Positions 39,759 to 51,388 of a stretch of 64,000 nucleotides of DNA are shown in pieces; the stretch's first letter is position 1, and the number at the start of each line of letters is the position of its first letter. Location: NCBI GenBank assembly GCA_963783885.1, contig CAWAPJ010000001.1, positions 64,001-128,000 on the forward strand, given 5' to 3'. The DNA comes from Waddliaceae bacterium. GTDB taxonomy: Bacteria; Chlamydiota; Chlamydiia; Chlamydiales; SLFE01. The position numbers and the translations under genes are program-made. Below the pieces are notes generated by a model. The model saw only the letters and a program-made list of their open reading frames with translations. It did not search any database and was not told the DNA's origin.

Positions 39759-40598
39759 TCAAAATTGTCCGATAGCTGGTGAGAAATGCGGCCTAGGGCG
39801 GCGAAAGAAAGAGGGATCCGGCATGCCGCGAAAACACCTGGGCACGAATGGATAATCTTCGGTAATGAAATAATGGTAGATTCCTTCGGGATATTCAGGG
39901 GTGACGCCGAACCGCCCATTGCAGCCGTCGAGGTCCCCTAAACCTTTGACATATTCATAGTCCCGAACAAAAGTACCGTCGTAGCGTCCTCCCGGACCGC
40001 CGGGGCGCTTTCCCCTCTTTATCCGATAGCTGCTTTTCATCTTTTCTATCCCGCTGGAGGCATCCTGAGGATTTTTATATCCGTAGACAGCGTAGATCGG
40101 AAACCCGTCAGCCGCCCAGCCGACAAGTACAGGACGTGTTTTCCAACCCGGCAGCTTCCTCACAAGCCCCCAGGGAACGCCGTGGTAGTGATAAGCGCCG
40201 TTTGGCTGTACATGGGCATCGCTTCGGTCAAATCCGAGGTTGATATGGCCTGAAAGGGCCTCATACTGCCATCCGGAACGAGGATTGCGATTCCAAAATT
40301 CCATTGCCCCGGGATCGAAAGGGACTCCATTGACGGCAACGCCAAAGGGGTGCATGCCTAAAGGAGTCGTATGAGACGCTATTTCCGGATGCAGCGGAAC
40401 GCGGAACATATAATGCTGAGGCTCAATAGTATTTGGATTGTGCGCGTTGGGGAAATGTCCTGTCGGATGATTGGGGATGCCATTGCTTTCGATGATGCGG
40501 AAATTTTGATCTGTGGTTATGCGTACTTCGTTTTTTTCCGCAGATAGTGATGGAAGGGCAAAAAGGAGAATCATTGCCGCTATTTTTCGTATAAGCAT
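39759..40598 (-). CDS. YHYH domain secreted protein
   Basis: Signal peptide; SNGIPNH, GVAVNGVPF, AHVQPNGAYHYHG, GWAADGFPIY, DLDGCNG, YHYF. Confidence 0.9.
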   Translation of the reverse strand: MLIRKIAAMILLFALPSLSAEKNEVRITTDQNFRIIESNGIPNHPTGHFPNAHNPNTIEPQHYMFRVPLHPEIASHTTPLGMHPFGVAVNGVPFDPGAMEFWNRNPRSGWQYEALSGHINLGFDRSDAHVQPNGAYHYHGVPWGLVRKLPGWKTRPVLVGWAADGFPIYAVYGYKNPQDASSGIEKMKSSYRIKRGKRPGGPGGRYDGTFVRDYEYVKGLGDLDGCNGRFGVTPEYPEGIYHYFITEDYPFVPRCFRGMPDPSFFRRPRPHFSPAIGQF

Positions 40599-40607
40599 CC
40601 ATGCCTC

Positions 40608-43373
40608 CTAGGCAGTGGCATTGCCTTCCTGATTTGTCTGCTGGATCGGCTTCGAGGGTTTTCCATCCTCTTCTGCTGGCGGAGGCGGAGGGGGGGGTGT
40701 CTGAGGTTTTTTGTGCATTTCCTCCAGCTTTTTGATCCTGAGCCGTTTTTCGGTATCATCCCATTTATCTTCCATAATCATTCTCAGGTCTTCAGAATCG
40801 AGTGTCTCGTATTCGATAAGGAGCCTTGCCATAAGCTCCACCTGTTTGTGGTGTTCCTTGATGATCTTGTTTGCCGTCTTGTTGGCTTCATCGAGAATAT
40901 GGCGCACTTCCTCGTCAATGGCCTGTGCTGTGGCCTCCGAATACTTTTTCTCGTGATAGCCTTGAATGCCTAAATAAGAACCCGATTCGTTTCTTTCATC
41001 GTAGGCAACAGCGCCCAATTTATCGCTCATTCCCCATTCACAAATCATACTTCTTGCAAGCTGGGTGGCATGATCGATGTCCTGCTTGGCTCCGCTTGAA
41101 ACATCGCCGACAAAAATTTCTTCAGAGCATCTTCCGCCCATTAGCACTGCGAGCTTGTCGATGACCTCTTTTTTCCAATAGCTGGTCCTATTTTTTTCAG
41201 GAAGAAACATCGTCGCACCCAAAGACATTCCTCGAGGAATGATAGTTACTTTGTCAATGGGATCGCTATGCTCGACAACGAGTCCTACAACTGTGTGCCC
41301 TGCTTCGTGATAAGCGGTTGTCCGCTTTTCATTTTCGTCGAGTTCGAGAGAACGTCTTTCTTTACCATAGAGAACTTTGTCGCGGGCTTCGTTCACTTCT
41401 TGCATCGTAACTGCTGTTCGTTCTTTTCTGGCTGCGATCAATGCCGATTCGTTGAGCATATTGGCAAGGTCGGCACCGGAACAGCCCGGCGTTCCTCTGG
41501 CAAGGGCCATAAGGTCGACGGATGTATCCATCTTAATCTTTTTAGCGTGGACTTTTAAAATTTCAAAGCGTCCTTTAATATCGGGAAGGGGAATCACGAC
41601 GTTTCTGTCAAACCGGCCGGGTCTTAAAAGGGCTTTATCCAGGACATCGGGACGGTTTGTCGCGGCCATAATGATCACCCCTTCATTGGTGTCGAAACCA
41701 TCCATTTCGACAAGAAGCTGGTTTAGTGTCTGCTCTCTTTCGTCATGGCCGCCGCCGATTCCTGCGCCTCGATGGCGTCCGACAGCGTCGATTTCATCAA
41801 TAAAAATAATGCAGGGGGCATTTTTCTTCGCCTGTTCGAAAAGATCCCGGATACGGCTGGCCCCGACTCCAACAAACATTTCGACAAAATCGGATCCTGA
41901 TATCGAAAAAAACGGGCGGTCTGCTTCGCCGGCGACTGCTTTGGCTACTAGGGTTTTCCCTGTCCCTGGAGGCCCGATACAAAGAACCCCTTTTGGTATG
42001 CGCCCCCCTAAACTCGTGAATTTTTTCGGATTTTTCAAAAAGTCGACTATTTCTTCGAGTTCCTCAAGAGCCTCATCGATACCGGCTACATCTTTGAATG
42101 TAATCTTCTGATCGCCTTTTGGTTGTATCAGTTTTGCAGGAGATTTACCGAAATTCATAGCTCCGGATCCCACGCCCTTCATTTGGCGGGCAAACAAAAG
42201 ATAGAGAACTGCAAGGACGCCGAAGGCCAGCAAAGCCGGAAATAAGTAGCTCAGGTATTTCGGAGGAGGCTCTTCGCTTCGAAACTTTTTCTTCAACACC
42301 ATATTCAGGGGCTGGTCGGGAGCTTTGAAATATCCCCCTTTGTTTTTATCAAAGCTGTTCCACTCTTCATTTTCATTGAGAAACCACTGTTGATAGGTTT
42401 CCGGATCCTGACGGACAAGGGCGCGGGTGGAAAGTTCTTTATTATTGAAAAACCAGATCACATTGGAAACGGTGTTTTGTGCTTTCTCCAGCTGAGATTT
42501 ATTATCCTGGAGCTGCACGATATTTTGACTATACTTCGCTACGGCCTGCTGATAATTGCGAACCGATCTCAGCTCAGTGAGACGGACGCCGTCAACAGAA
42601 GTATTGAGGTCATTTACAAGGCTGTTTAGGGAATCGAGTGCTTTTTTATAAACTGACAGGCGTTTTTGCTCGGGAAGACTGGCATTATTTGCGTCGGCTA
42701 CATTTTTTTGGATTTCCCGAAGCTCGGCTTTCATTTTTTCGCTGCCGATGCCCAAAAGCGGCGATCTAAAGTTGCGGATCAGTTCGGCAAGTGCAGCGCC
42801 CAATTTTGTAACAGCTGCATCACTTGGATTTTGGGATGCCGCTTCAAATTGCTGCTGCACATCTTTCAGGCTTGTCACATCCGTGGAAGACAGTTTATGG
42901 ATGACAATCGATTTATTGTTGCCGATGGAGCTCTGAAGATCATCAATGACAATATATCCCGATGATGGGGCAGGAATGCCGCTCAAGTGCAAAAAAAGAT
43001 CGGCGCTCTCTTCTACACGCTTTCTATAATCAACCAGATTCCCCTCAATTCGCTCATTTTCATTGGTGAGCTCATGGTTTTGTTCCAAAAGAGATAGAAA
43101 CTTGTATCGTTTTTTTCCCTCATCGGTTAGGCGGTCGCGAAACCGTCCGCTAAAAGTGACAAGGCTGTCGCCTATAGCTGTTTTACGGTTGTCTTCAGGC
43201 TTTACCAGATCGAGGTTGACGAGCGGTTCAAGCTGGTAGCTGAAGGAGACTTTAGCAGTTTTAACTTCGAGAAAGTTTTGTACAACCAAGACGACAAAAA
43301 AAGCGATGATGAGGAACAAAATGAAGTTGCCCGGCATCCCTTTCTTGGTTTCGTTATTATTTGAATCGCTCAT
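40608..43373 (-). CDS. ftsH: ATP-dependent zinc metalloprotease FtsH (long chlamydial-type N-terminal domain)
   Basis: [31 protein letters not shown]. Confidence 0.97.
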   Translation of the reverse strand: MSDSNNNETKKGMPGNFILFLIIAFFVVLVVQNFLEVKTAKVSFSYQLEPLVNLDLVKPEDNRKTAIGDSLVTFSGRFRDRLTDEGKKRYKFLSLLEQNHELTNENERIEGNLVDYRKRVEESADLFLHLSGIPAPSSGYIVIDDLQSSIGNNKSIVIHKLSSTDVTSLKDVQQQFEAASQNPSDAAVTKLGAALAELIRNFRSPLLGIGSEKMKAELREIQKNVADANNASLPEQKRLSVYKKALDSLNSLVNDLNTSVDGVRLTELRSVRNYQQAVAKYSQNIVQLQDNKSQLEKAQNTVSNVIWFFNNKELSTRALVRQDPETYQQWFLNENEEWNSFDKNKGGYFKAPDQPLNMVLKKKFRSEEPPPKYLSYLFPALLAFGVLAVLYLLFARQMKGVGSGAMNFGKSPAKLIQPKGDQKITFKDVAGIDEALEELEEIVDFLKNPKKFTSLGGRIPKGVLCIGPPGTGKTLVAKAVAGEADRPFFSISGSDFVEMFVGVGASRIRDLFEQAKKNAPCIIFIDEIDAVGRHRGAGIGGGHDEREQTLNQLLVEMDGFDTNEGVIIMAATNRPDVLDKALLRPGRFDRNVVIPLPDIKGRFEILKVHAKKIKMDTSVDLMALARGTPGCSGADLANMLNESALIAARKERTAVTMQEVNEARDKVLYGKERRSLELDENEKRTTAYHEAGHTVVGLVVEHSDPIDKVTIIPRGMSLGATMFLPEKNRTSYWKKEVIDKLAVLMGGRCSEEIFVGDVSSGAKQDIDHATQLARSMICEWGMSDKLGAVAYDERNESGSYLGIQGYHEKKYSEATAQAIDEEVRHILDEANKTANKIIKEHHKQVELMARLLIEYETLDSEDLRMIMEDKWDDTEKRLRIKKLEEMHKKPQTPPPPPPPAEEDGKPSKPIQQTNQEGNATA

Positions 43374-43580
43374 ATTTGCCTTCTATACAGTGCTGCGTTG
43401 CTGATTTCAGATATAGTAGGAATCATTTTATCACACAAGCTATTCACATTTCAACAGTTATACCCTTAAGAACCAATCACGAACAAAAAAAATATAAATA
43501 ATCGATTCATTTACAATTCCTTAGGGTTCACTCCTCTCTATATCTTCTCTTACTCTTAACTAAAAAACTCTGCGAATATA

Positions 43581-44864
43581 CTAGCAACACAATTTTTTAA
43601 ATTTCAGCAAGACGCTTTGTTTTTTTTGTTTCCCCTGTTTGGCCCTGCCTGTTAATAGCTCGTAAATCGATTGATCCTCGCTGATTAAAACAGGAGCTAA
43701 GTCTCTGACACAAACGGGTATTTTGTTTTTTGACCACCAGTTTCCGAGGGTCGTAGACCCTTGATAAACCAAAGTATTTTTTGCTGTAGCCATTTGATAG
43801 CTGCCTTCAGGAAGAGCTATATCCGCTTCTCCGCTAAAAACTTGAGTCCAGTTGGGGGTATGGTCATGAGTCTGCCGCCCCAATTCGATTTCCCATCTTC
43901 CAAGTGGACTTTCCTCAAGAAAAAAGAGTTTTTTTCTATCGATAGTCAATTCCTTCGCTCCACATCGGATCTTCTTGTTCGCGGCTCCGGTGCTTAAAAG
44001 CAGGGCTGCTGCCTGTAATTTTTCATGGTTTATCGGAAAATCCATATTTCCGCAGCAGCTTTTAACTAAAAATTTCCACTCAATCAACTGCTTGGGAGGA
44101 GATTGAGAAAAATCATAGCAAATACCGAAAGGCCCGGAAATTTCCCTTGGCTGACAGGGTTTTGTAGCAAATGCCAAATAATCGGCAACTTCTTTAAGCT
44201 CGCTTCCAATACGGCAAAGCGGGTCTATAATGTTTTTTCCGAACTCTCTGGAAAGCAACGGGATAAGACTCTTTCTCATTCGTGCCCGCAAAAAGTTCTG
44301 ATCGCTGTTAGTCGGATCTTCCATCCACTTGCGGCCTTGCCCAGTCATGTATTTCACGATATCGCTCCTAGATGACCGGAGAAGCGGCCGCCAGATCGCC
44401 ACTCCCTCCCACAGGGCTGCCGGCCTCATTCCATAAGCCGATAGACATGAAGACCCTTCAAAAAGTCTTTTTAAGACGGTTTCTGCCTGGTCATTAGCGT
44501 GATGGCCAAGCACAATCGCCTGGGCCTTATATTGTTTTGCAAGATCCAAAAAAAAGCGCATTCTTTCGTTTCTGCACGCATCTTCCAAATTTCCCTTAAG
44601 CCGGTGCTTTTCAATCATATGAAGATGGAAGGGGAGGTCATGAAGGCGGGCAAGCTCCTCCACCTCCATAGCCTCGGCAGCGCTCTCTTTTCGCCACCCA
44701 TGGTCTACATGAGCAATATGAAGCACTGAATAAAAGGAGCGGTTTTCCCGAAGCAGATCAAAGAGGCAAAGGGAATCTACTCCTCCGGATAAACCTAAAA
44801 TCAAAGGGCTTTTCGCTTGAGCATGCTCCTCAAGAAATGCTTTAAAGGTTGTTTTCAGTCTCAT
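43581..44864 (-). CDS. tilS: tRNA(Ile)-lysidine synthetase
   Basis: SGGVDS PP-loop, HVDHGWR, GHHANDQAET, RPLL, EDPTN; precedes ftsH. Confidence 0.95.
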   Translation of the reverse strand: MRLKTTFKAFLEEHAQAKSPLILGLSGGVDSLCLFDLLRENRSFYSVLHIAHVDHGWRKESAAEAMEVEELARLHDLPFHLHMIEKHRLKGNLEDACRNERMRFFLDLAKQYKAQAIVLGHHANDQAETVLKRLFEGSSCLSAYGMRPAALWEGVAIWRPLLRSSRSDIVKYMTGQGRKWMEDPTNSDQNFLRARMRKSLIPLLSREFGKNIIDPLCRIGSELKEVADYLAFATKPCQPREISGPFGICYDFSQSPPKQLIEWKFLVKSCCGNMDFPINHEKLQAAALLLSTGAANKKIRCGAKELTIDRKKLFFLEESPLGRWEIELGRQTHDHTPNWTQVFSGEADIALPEGSYQMATAKNTLVYQGSTTLGNWWSKNKIPVCVRDLAPVLISEDQSIYELLTGRAKQGKQKKQSVLLKFKKLCC

Positions 44865-45208
44865 CGAATATATTGAAAATACAAAAATATTAATATTATG
44901 AGAGCCAAAGCCATCAGTATATAATAAAAATAGTTCGGTTCCTGATTCATCTCAAGAATCCGTTCTGGGCCGGGAGTTTCTTTCGCTTCAACTTCTTCCG
45001 GCTCTGTACCCGCTGGAGTTGGGCCCGAGTCTTCAAAAATACTTTTTAATTCGGGAATTTCCCTGATCGGCAGCCAGTTGGGCATCCCAACACGCCAAGC
45101 CAGGGTATAGGGCATCACCCTGCGGTCTCTTTTCAAGTCCCATTTTGAATAAGGGCCTTCGGGTTCTTCACCGACCTTGATATACCACTCTTTGCGCATA
45201 ACTCTCAC
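44861..45208 (-). CDS. GYF_2/DUF4339-like domain membrane protein
   Basis: WYI......GPYS, TLAWRVGMPNWLPIREIPEL; C-terminal TM helix. Confidence 0.8.
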   Translation of the reverse strand: MRVMRKEWYIKVGEEPEGPYSKWDLKRDRRVMPYTLAWRVGMPNWLPIREIPELKSIFEDSGPTPAGTEPEEVEAKETPGPERILEMNQEPNYFYYILMALALIILIFLYFQYIR

Positions 45209-45249
45209 TTTAGTATAACATAGATTTTTGTTTTTGTGTCGTTAAATAT

Positions 45250-46386
45250 ATGATAATTTACCGCTATTTGCTGATAGAGTACCTCAAAGTTCTTTTTCTT
45301 TGCGTGGTCTCGTTTATCGCCATTTTACTGACAACAAGGCTCGAAGAAATCGCCCGCTTTGCCGCATCGGGGGGCAGCGGCTGGACTATTTTAAAATTTG
45401 CCGCTTTGCAAATCCCCTATGTTCTTCCGATTGTCCTCCCGGTCTCGAGCCTGATCTCTGCGATCGTCCTGTCTCTTAGGCTGAGCTACTCGCAGGAACT
45501 CACCACATTAAGAGCTGCGGGATTATCATTAAAAAGTATTTTATCTCCGGTCCTCATCACTTCAGCCTTTTTGTCCCTGGTCAATTTTTATATTGTCTCT
45601 GAAGTGGCTACAGAGTCAATTCTGGGCACTCGTCAAATGCAAAGAGATATTACCCTCATCAACCCATTGACTCTAGTCAAGAACAAACAATTGATCAAAC
45701 ATCGAGATCTTTTTATCGATACCCAAAACCGGTCGATTGCGCAAAATACTTTGGAAGGACTGATCGTGGCGATTTGGAACAGCCAGATGAAACGCATCAA
45801 TTTGGTAACAGTTAAAGAAATCTCTTTTTACGAGCCGCACATATACTCCAAAGGATTAACCATGTTTTCCACCTTTGAGCCCAATGAAAAGAACCGCTAC
45901 GATAATTTATACATTGAAAATATTCACGACTCCTCAATGGATGTGGAAGGCTTTTCCCTTTATCTGAAGCAAAAAGCGGCAAGAATCAATGACGATTACC
46001 TGAAAATGGCTCTTTTATTCGGACATATCAGCATGCTGAAAGATAATATCTTGCTGCCTGACTTGACAGTCGGCGAGAAAATGGATCTTACTGTTAAGAT
46101 TCGTAAATCCTATTCGGAAATATTCAGGCGCCTGTCCATGGGCCTTTCCGTTTTTACATTAACTCTTTTGGGCGCCTCTTTCGGCATCTCTACCGGCAGG
46201 CAGAGAACTTTTCGAAATGCCTACTATGTGATCGGACTCGCCAGCATTCTGCTCATCTGCATTTTTGCGGCTAAAGCCTTCATGCAAGATGTCGCTCTTG
46301 CCACTGCCCTTTACTTTGCGCCCCATATCATTATCATATGGCTGTCTCTTTGGAATTTAAAACGGATAAGCAGAGGCATCGGATGA
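45250..46386 (+). CDS. lptF: LPS export permease LptF (YjgP/Q family)
   Basis: RYLLIE, LPIVLP, RLSYSQELTTLRAAGLS, six-TM layout; first of a tandem pair. Confidence 0.85.
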   Translation: MIIYRYLLIEYLKVLFLCVVSFIAILLTTRLEEIARFAASGGSGWTILKFAALQIPYVLPIVLPVSSLISAIVLSLRLSYSQELTTLRAAGLSLKSILSPVLITSAFLSLVNFYIVSEVATESILGTRQMQRDITLINPLTLVKNKQLIKHRDLFIDTQNRSIAQNTLEGLIVAIWNSQMKRINLVTVKEISFYEPHIYSKGLTMFSTFEPNEKNRYDNLYIENIHDSSMDVEGFSLYLKQKAARINDDYLKMALLFGHISMLKDNILLPDLTVGEKMDLTVKIRKSYSEIFRRLSMGLSVFTLTLLGASFGISTGRQRTFRNAYYVIGLASILLICIFAAKAFMQDVALATALYFAPHIIIIWLSLWNLKRISRGIG

Positions 46387-47462
46387 TATTCAAAAGAATT
46401 TGGGAACGCTATTTCCTAAAGGAAATTCTAAAAATCTTCAGCCTATTCATTTTCTGTTTTTACGGACTTTATATCATTATCGATTATTCCAGCAGGAGCG
46501 CCACTCACTATGCTGGAAAGTTTACCTTTTTAGAAATGGGGAAGCTCTATTTATTCATCTTCATCCAACGGATGGATATTCTCATTCCTTTCGCTCTTGT
46601 AGTCGCGACAGTAAAAACGCTTTGCTCATTGAATGTGCACAACGAAATTGTGGCCTTGATGAGCACCGGAGTCAAACTAAAAAGATTGATGCGCCCATTC
46701 ATTTTAGTGGGGCTGTTTTTTGTCTCCTTGCTTTATATTAATGAACAATTTTTCCAGCCGGCGGCATACAGCCGGATTAACTTTTTGAAAGACAAACACA
46801 ATGATGACGAAGCCCGCCAGGATCAATACAAGAACATACAAAATCTGGAAGTGATCGACAAGGGGCAGATTCTCTTCCACGGATATGACAATGCCCGAAA
46901 GTCCTTTTTCGATGTCTATTGGATCATCAGCTTAGACGATATTTACCGAATTAAATACCTTTTTCCCTATGAAGGGTCCCCAAGAGGAAAATTTGTCGAC
47001 CATTTCACAAGAAGCGGCGATGGCGAGCTTCTTCTTGCCGAATCTTTTGAAACAAAAGACTTTCCTCTCATGCGATTCAACCCGAAGAAACTCAGGCAGT
47101 CGATCATTAATCCGCGGGAGGAATCAATTACCAGCTTATGGGAGCACCTTCCCAAGGGGCAGGAAAAGCTTACCGACGCCAAAGCCAGGGCGCTCACCTC
47201 CTTCTACCACAAACTCGTCATGCCCTGGCTCTGCCTCTTGGCTGTGATCGGTCCTGCCCCCTGGTGTCTGAAGTTTACCCGCCAGCTGCCGGTATTTCTC
47301 ATTTATCTGGTCAGCATGATCACTATGGTCACCTATTATTTGATTATGAACTCGGCGATAATCATCGGCGAGAACCAGGTTTTTCCTCCCATTATTGCTA
47401 TCGGACTCCCCTTTTCGCTTTATTTCTTCTTTTTCAGCTGGAAATATTATAAGCTAAGCTAA
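46383..47462 (+). CDS. lptG: LPS export permease LptG (YjgP/Q family)
   Basis: WERYFLKE, NEIVALMSTGV; ATGA overlap with lptF stop. Confidence 0.85.
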   Translation: MIFKRIWERYFLKEILKIFSLFIFCFYGLYIIIDYSSRSATHYAGKFTFLEMGKLYLFIFIQRMDILIPFALVVATVKTLCSLNVHNEIVALMSTGVKLKRLMRPFILVGLFFVSLLYINEQFFQPAAYSRINFLKDKHNDDEARQDQYKNIQNLEVIDKGQILFHGYDNARKSFFDVYWIISLDDIYRIKYLFPYEGSPRGKFVDHFTRSGDGELLLAESFETKDFPLMRFNPKKLRQSIINPREESITSLWEHLPKGQEKLTDAKARALTSFYHKLVMPWLCLLAVIGPAPWCLKFTRQLPVFLIYLVSMITMVTYYLIMNSAIIIGENQVFPPIIAIGLPFSLYFFFFSWKYYKLS

Positions 47463-47478
47463 AAACTGGAGGCTTCAG

Positions 47479-48636
47479 GTGTCAAGCGAACTTATCATAA
47501 ACCTCGCTGCCATTGGTGAAAATATTGACCGAATCCGCTCCCACCTGCCTGCAAACACCCGCATCATGGCCATTCTCAAAGGGGGAACTTACGGTATTGG
47601 GCGGCCGGTTGAACTCGCGCATTTTTTAAGCTGCCAGGGAATCGATATTTTCGGCTTTGCCTTTGTCGATGAAGCCGTTGAACTCCGCAGGGCAGGTTTT
47701 CAAAACGATCTCTTTGTCTTAAATCCCCTTCCCGGCGATGCCGAAAATGTCGCCAAGCACAATCTTCAGGCAGCCGCAGGCGATATAGAGACGCTGATTG
47801 CCTTTGAGGCAAAAGGAAAAGTGAAAGTCCACCTGAATATCAATACCGGAATGAACCGCCTCGGCAGCCCGCTCCATGAAGCCGCAAGACTTGCCGAGTA
47901 TATTCAGATGTCTAAAAATTTAACGCTCGAGGCTGTGATGTCCCACCTTGTGGCCGCGGAAAATCCCCTGCACGACGCCTTTACCTTAAGGCAAATTCAG
48001 GAGATCATCGCAACTGCAGCCTCTTTGAAGGAGGCGGGTATTGAATTTCCCTTTGCCCATATTCACAATTCCGCAGGCGCCTTAAGATTCGCTCATCCCG
48101 AATTCAATTTGGTCAGAATCGGATTGATCATGTATGGAATCCACCCCTCGCCGGAAACGAGGAAGACACTCCCCTTAATCCCTGCCTTAACCTTGAGATC
48201 CCGCATCGTGTCACTCAACCGGATAAACCGCGGAGACACTGTCAGCTATGGCAGAACCTACAAAGCAAAGGCAATGAGTACCCTGATTGCCACTGTTCCA
48301 CTTGGTTACTTTGACGGCTTGCACCGCAGCTATAGCAATCGGGCATCAGTGCTTGTCAAAGGAAAAAAAGCAAAAATCGTCGGCACAGTCTGCATGGACT
48401 TTATGATGATCGATGTAACCGGCATACCCGATGTCGACGTCGGCGACACTGTCACACTCTTCGGGCAAGACGACTGCGGCAATGAACTCTCGCCTGAGGA
48501 ATTTGCCGCTTCCGGAGGCACGATAGCCCATGAGCTGGTCACTTGCATGGGACCAAGGATTAAAAGGAATTTTTTAGGCGGCCTCGGAGACCTCCCTACC
48601 GAATTCGATCATCGGAATGTAAACTTTTGCACCTAA
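47479..48636 (+). CDS. alr: alanine racemase
   Basis: INLAAIGEN, MAILKGGTYG (PLP lysine), NTGMNRLG, HNSA, VRIGL, VSYG, GYFDG, GTVCMD. Confidence 0.92.
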   Translation: MSSELIINLAAIGENIDRIRSHLPANTRIMAILKGGTYGIGRPVELAHFLSCQGIDIFGFAFVDEAVELRRAGFQNDLFVLNPLPGDAENVAKHNLQAAAGDIETLIAFEAKGKVKVHLNINTGMNRLGSPLHEAARLAEYIQMSKNLTLEAVMSHLVAAENPLHDAFTLRQIQEIIATAASLKEAGIEFPFAHIHNSAGALRFAHPEFNLVRIGLIMYGIHPSPETRKTLPLIPALTLRSRIVSLNRINRGDTVSYGRTYKAKAMSTLIATVPLGYFDGLHRSYSNRASVLVKGKKAKIVGTVCMDFMMIDVTGIPDVDVGDTVTLFGQDDCGNELSPEEFAASGGTIAHELVTCMGPRIKRNFLGGLGDLPTEFDHRNVNFCT

Positions 48637-50808
48637 CATCGGTCTTTTGAACAAAGAATCAAAAGCGCTGCACAGCTCTTTGCCATAGTTTTCAAATCCT
48701 AAAGCTTCGCGCTTTCCCTCCACAACCTGCAAGGCTCCAAGCATCCGATTCAAGGGCTCGGGCAAAATCGCCCTTTCCCGAATGAAAATCGCAGGACCGT
48801 AAATCATCGATTCGATATATTCGATTTCCTCATCGGAAATCTTTTGATTCTGCAAAATTTTATAGAAAGCCAGCATAAATACAGAAGCCGCTCCCCCAAT
48901 GTCAATGGCGTCTTTGCAGCTTAAGCTGAAACTGAAGGGGCGGACGATATCAATGAGTTTAAGCTCTAGGAAAAAATGAAAGAGCGTAATAAAGCTCTGT
49001 CTGTCTTTCATGGATAAATATTTTTCTCCATTGAAAAAAAATTCATGGATTGCTGCTGTCGCATTATCGATAAAGCTTGCAGTCAGATTCTTTTTCACGC
49101 TGTCCGGAAAGTAGTATCCTGCGGAAGAACTTTTCAATTGTTGTTTAAAGCCTTCGATAAAATCTTCGACGTCATCCTGATTTTCATAGGTCCCGCTCTG
49201 ATGATAAAACTCTGTATCGACAGCCAGGGTCAAGACAGTCAAACTATCTGAAAAGAGTGGAGCATTTTGAAGCTGCTCCAAAACCTGGCAGCGTGAGAAT
49301 TCCCTCCAGGATGTTCTGTCCTGTAAATTCACAAGAAGGTGTTTTGCCTTCCTTCCCCTTTGACTTGTCGACAGGAGAAAGCCTTTGAATTCATCGAGTA
49401 CAGACGCCTTATTGACAAAGACCTGCCGTGTTGGAGAGGCCATGCGCAAATTAACAACCCGATCATCGCCAAGATATAAATCGAACCATCTGTGGGGAAG
49501 ATTGTGCTGATGCAACGAGTCAAAAGCGGCATATTTGCCCTCTTCGAGCGATTCAAGAATCCGCTTTAAGGGTCCGCTGGCATGCTTTTTGAAAGATTTG
49601 ACAATTTCAGCGTAATCATAAGCCAGCCTGCTCCATAAAAATATCCCTCTTTCCTGCTCAACGGACGCCGAGCGGGGAATTGCCTCCTTTGCCTCATTCA
49701 AGATCTCGTGGACATTCGGCAGAAGCTCCTGCTGGATGTGCGAATGCAAAAAAGTTGCTCTGCATAGATGCTGCAATACGCTCACGAGGCAGTTTGCCAA
49801 AATGTTTGACGGCTTTGGAGGATAAACCAGTAGTTTTTGATAGTAGCGGTTATTGAGAGCTTCCCTGAGATATCCCTGAAAATCGGCGAAATAGTGAATG
49901 CACGATTTCCCTTCCTTATTTTTTCTGTTGGAATGGAGATTTTTTGGATCTGCGGCGAGCATCAGGGCCATAATCGCGCTGCTCATTTCTCTTACTTGTG
50001 CACGGCCTTTATAACGAAACGCCTCATGGTAGAATCGTTTTAACGACAAATTCAGCGAGTGAAGAATATTGAGCGCTGCCACATGGCACATCACATCGCG
50101 CCAGTTGTATACCCTGGCAAAAATATCGGTTTCTTCATCAGAATAACTTCCGAATTCGCAAACAAGTTTAATATTCCGCAAAAGTCTGGGACTGAAAAAT
50201 CGGCTCCCGTCTTCTTTTCTCATTAATAGAAGCTCATATTCATTGTCCCGCTTAACCATTTCCAGATCCACAAAAACATGCTGGCTCTTTTCTTTTTTTC
50301 TCGCTCTAGCTTTTCTAAGCAATTCCTTGGAAGGACCGGTTTTCGCGAGGCCGAAAATCCATTTGCTGAGCATCCCCTCGTCTACCTGTCTTTCCACTTT
50401 CCTGGTATAAAACTCCTGAAGCCTTTTATATTCGTTCATCTGGGTCACGCTTTTTGTGCTTTTCGTTTTGAAGAGACTAGAAAATTTGTCCAAATTTTTA
50501 GCCGCTTCGCCGACCAGCACCATAATCGACCTGACATCTTCGATTTTTTTCTCCGAAACAACAGGCTCTTCTTCATAGATCAATTTCACGTAGTGCAAAA
50601 TAGTCTGAAAAATCTCCTTAATCCGACCTTCGGAAAGCTCCTTAGAAACATTCTTGATTTTTTTGACCCTTCCAGAAATCGGCTTGACTGTTTCAAGGTT
50701 AGCCAGAGGGACAGCCGGCTCCTCTTCCCCCAGCTGAGCTATAAGAGATAGGGTATTAAGCGCTTCTGAAATACTTACCCTTTTATCATCATCTTTTTTA
50801 CTTTCCAT
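48574..50808 (-). CDS. large hypothetical protein, probably conserved in chlamydiae
   Basis: ~745-aa ORF; likely start MESKKD at 50808 after a GAGGA RBS; SLSCKDAIDIG motif. Confidence 0.75.
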   Translation of the reverse strand: MESKKDDDKRVSISEALNTLSLIAQLGEEEPAVPLANLETVKPISGRVKKIKNVSKELSEGRIKEIFQTILHYVKLIYEEEPVVSEKKIEDVRSIMVLVGEAAKNLDKFSSLFKTKSTKSVTQMNEYKRLQEFYTRKVERQVDEGMLSKWIFGLAKTGPSKELLRKARARKKEKSQHVFVDLEMVKRDNEYELLLMRKEDGSRFFSPRLLRNIKLVCEFGSYSDEETDIFARVYNWRDVMCHVAALNILHSLNLSLKRFYHEAFRYKGRAQVREMSSAIMALMLAADPKNLHSNRKNKEGKSCIHYFADFQGYLREALNNRYYQKLLVYPPKPSNILANCLVSVLQHLCRATFLHSHIQQELLPNVHEILNEAKEAIPRSASVEQERGIFLWSRLAYDYAEIVKSFKKHASGPLKRILESLEEGKYAAFDSLHQHNLPHRWFDLYLGDDRVVNLRMASPTRQVFVNKASVLDEFKGFLLSTSQRGRKAKHLLVNLQDRTSWREFSRCQVLEQLQNAPLFSDSLTVLTLAVDTEFYHQSGTYENQDDVEDFIEGFKQQLKSSSAGYYFPDSVKKNLTASFIDNATAAIHEFFFNGEKYLSMKDRQSFITLFHFFLELKLIDIVRPFSFSLSCKDAIDIGGAASVFMLAFYKILQNQKISDEEIEYIESMIYGPAIFIRERAILPEPLNRMLGALQVVEGKREALGFENYGKELCSAFDSLFKRPMLGAKVYIPMIEFGREVSEAA

Positions 50809-50996
50809 AAAACCATCCTCACAACTATCTACAACTATTATCCCATCATAAAATATTTTATACAATTAAAATTCAAATTAATTTTATTAGGTATTTAAAT
50901 TAATATTTAAAATATGTTATAATCCACCAAATTTTGATCATTTCCATTTAATCTCAAAATCGTTATGGTTAAGTGATTAAGAAGGAGAGCGCCGCT

Positions 50997-51338
50997 ATGT
51001 TAGACAAGCTGCAATTAAACGGGACGTTAACCGGGGCCTATGAGGGCAATGATTTTAAAGCCGAGTTTAAAGACCGCTCATTAAAGCTCTATTTTGACAG
51101 CATCGACACCTTGAAAACGCTGAAAGACCTGCTCTTTGACAAAATTAAGACGCTTAAAGACGACCCTAAATTGAAAGAGACCCTGGAAAAAATCGACATA
51201 GAAATTTATTTAGAAAAAGAGTTGATTATTAAGATCGGCAAAAGCGCGAAAACCAATTTTATCAGCGGAATGCTCGGAATCCCCTATTTTGAAGTTGTGG
51301 CAAACAGCCGCATGTCGGACCTGATGAGTCTTATGTAA
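50997..51338 (+). CDS. hypothetical protein
   Basis: AAGGAG RBS before ATG at 50997. Confidence 0.7.
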   Translation: MLDKLQLNGTLTGAYEGNDFKAEFKDRSLKLYFDSIDTLKTLKDLLFDKIKTLKDDPKLKETLEKIDIEIYLEKELIIKIGKSAKTNFISGMLGIPYFEVVANSRMSDLMSLM

Positions 51339-51342
51339 CGGC

Positions 51343-51371
51343 TTGACACATTTTGGGCAATCAGCTATAAA
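51343..51371 (+). promoter_or_regulatory. sigma70-type promoter of tRNA-Ser
   Basis: TTGACA-17 bp-TATAAA ending 17 bp upstream of the tRNA. Confidence 0.75.
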
Positions 51372-51388
51372 AGTATTCTCATTATTAA

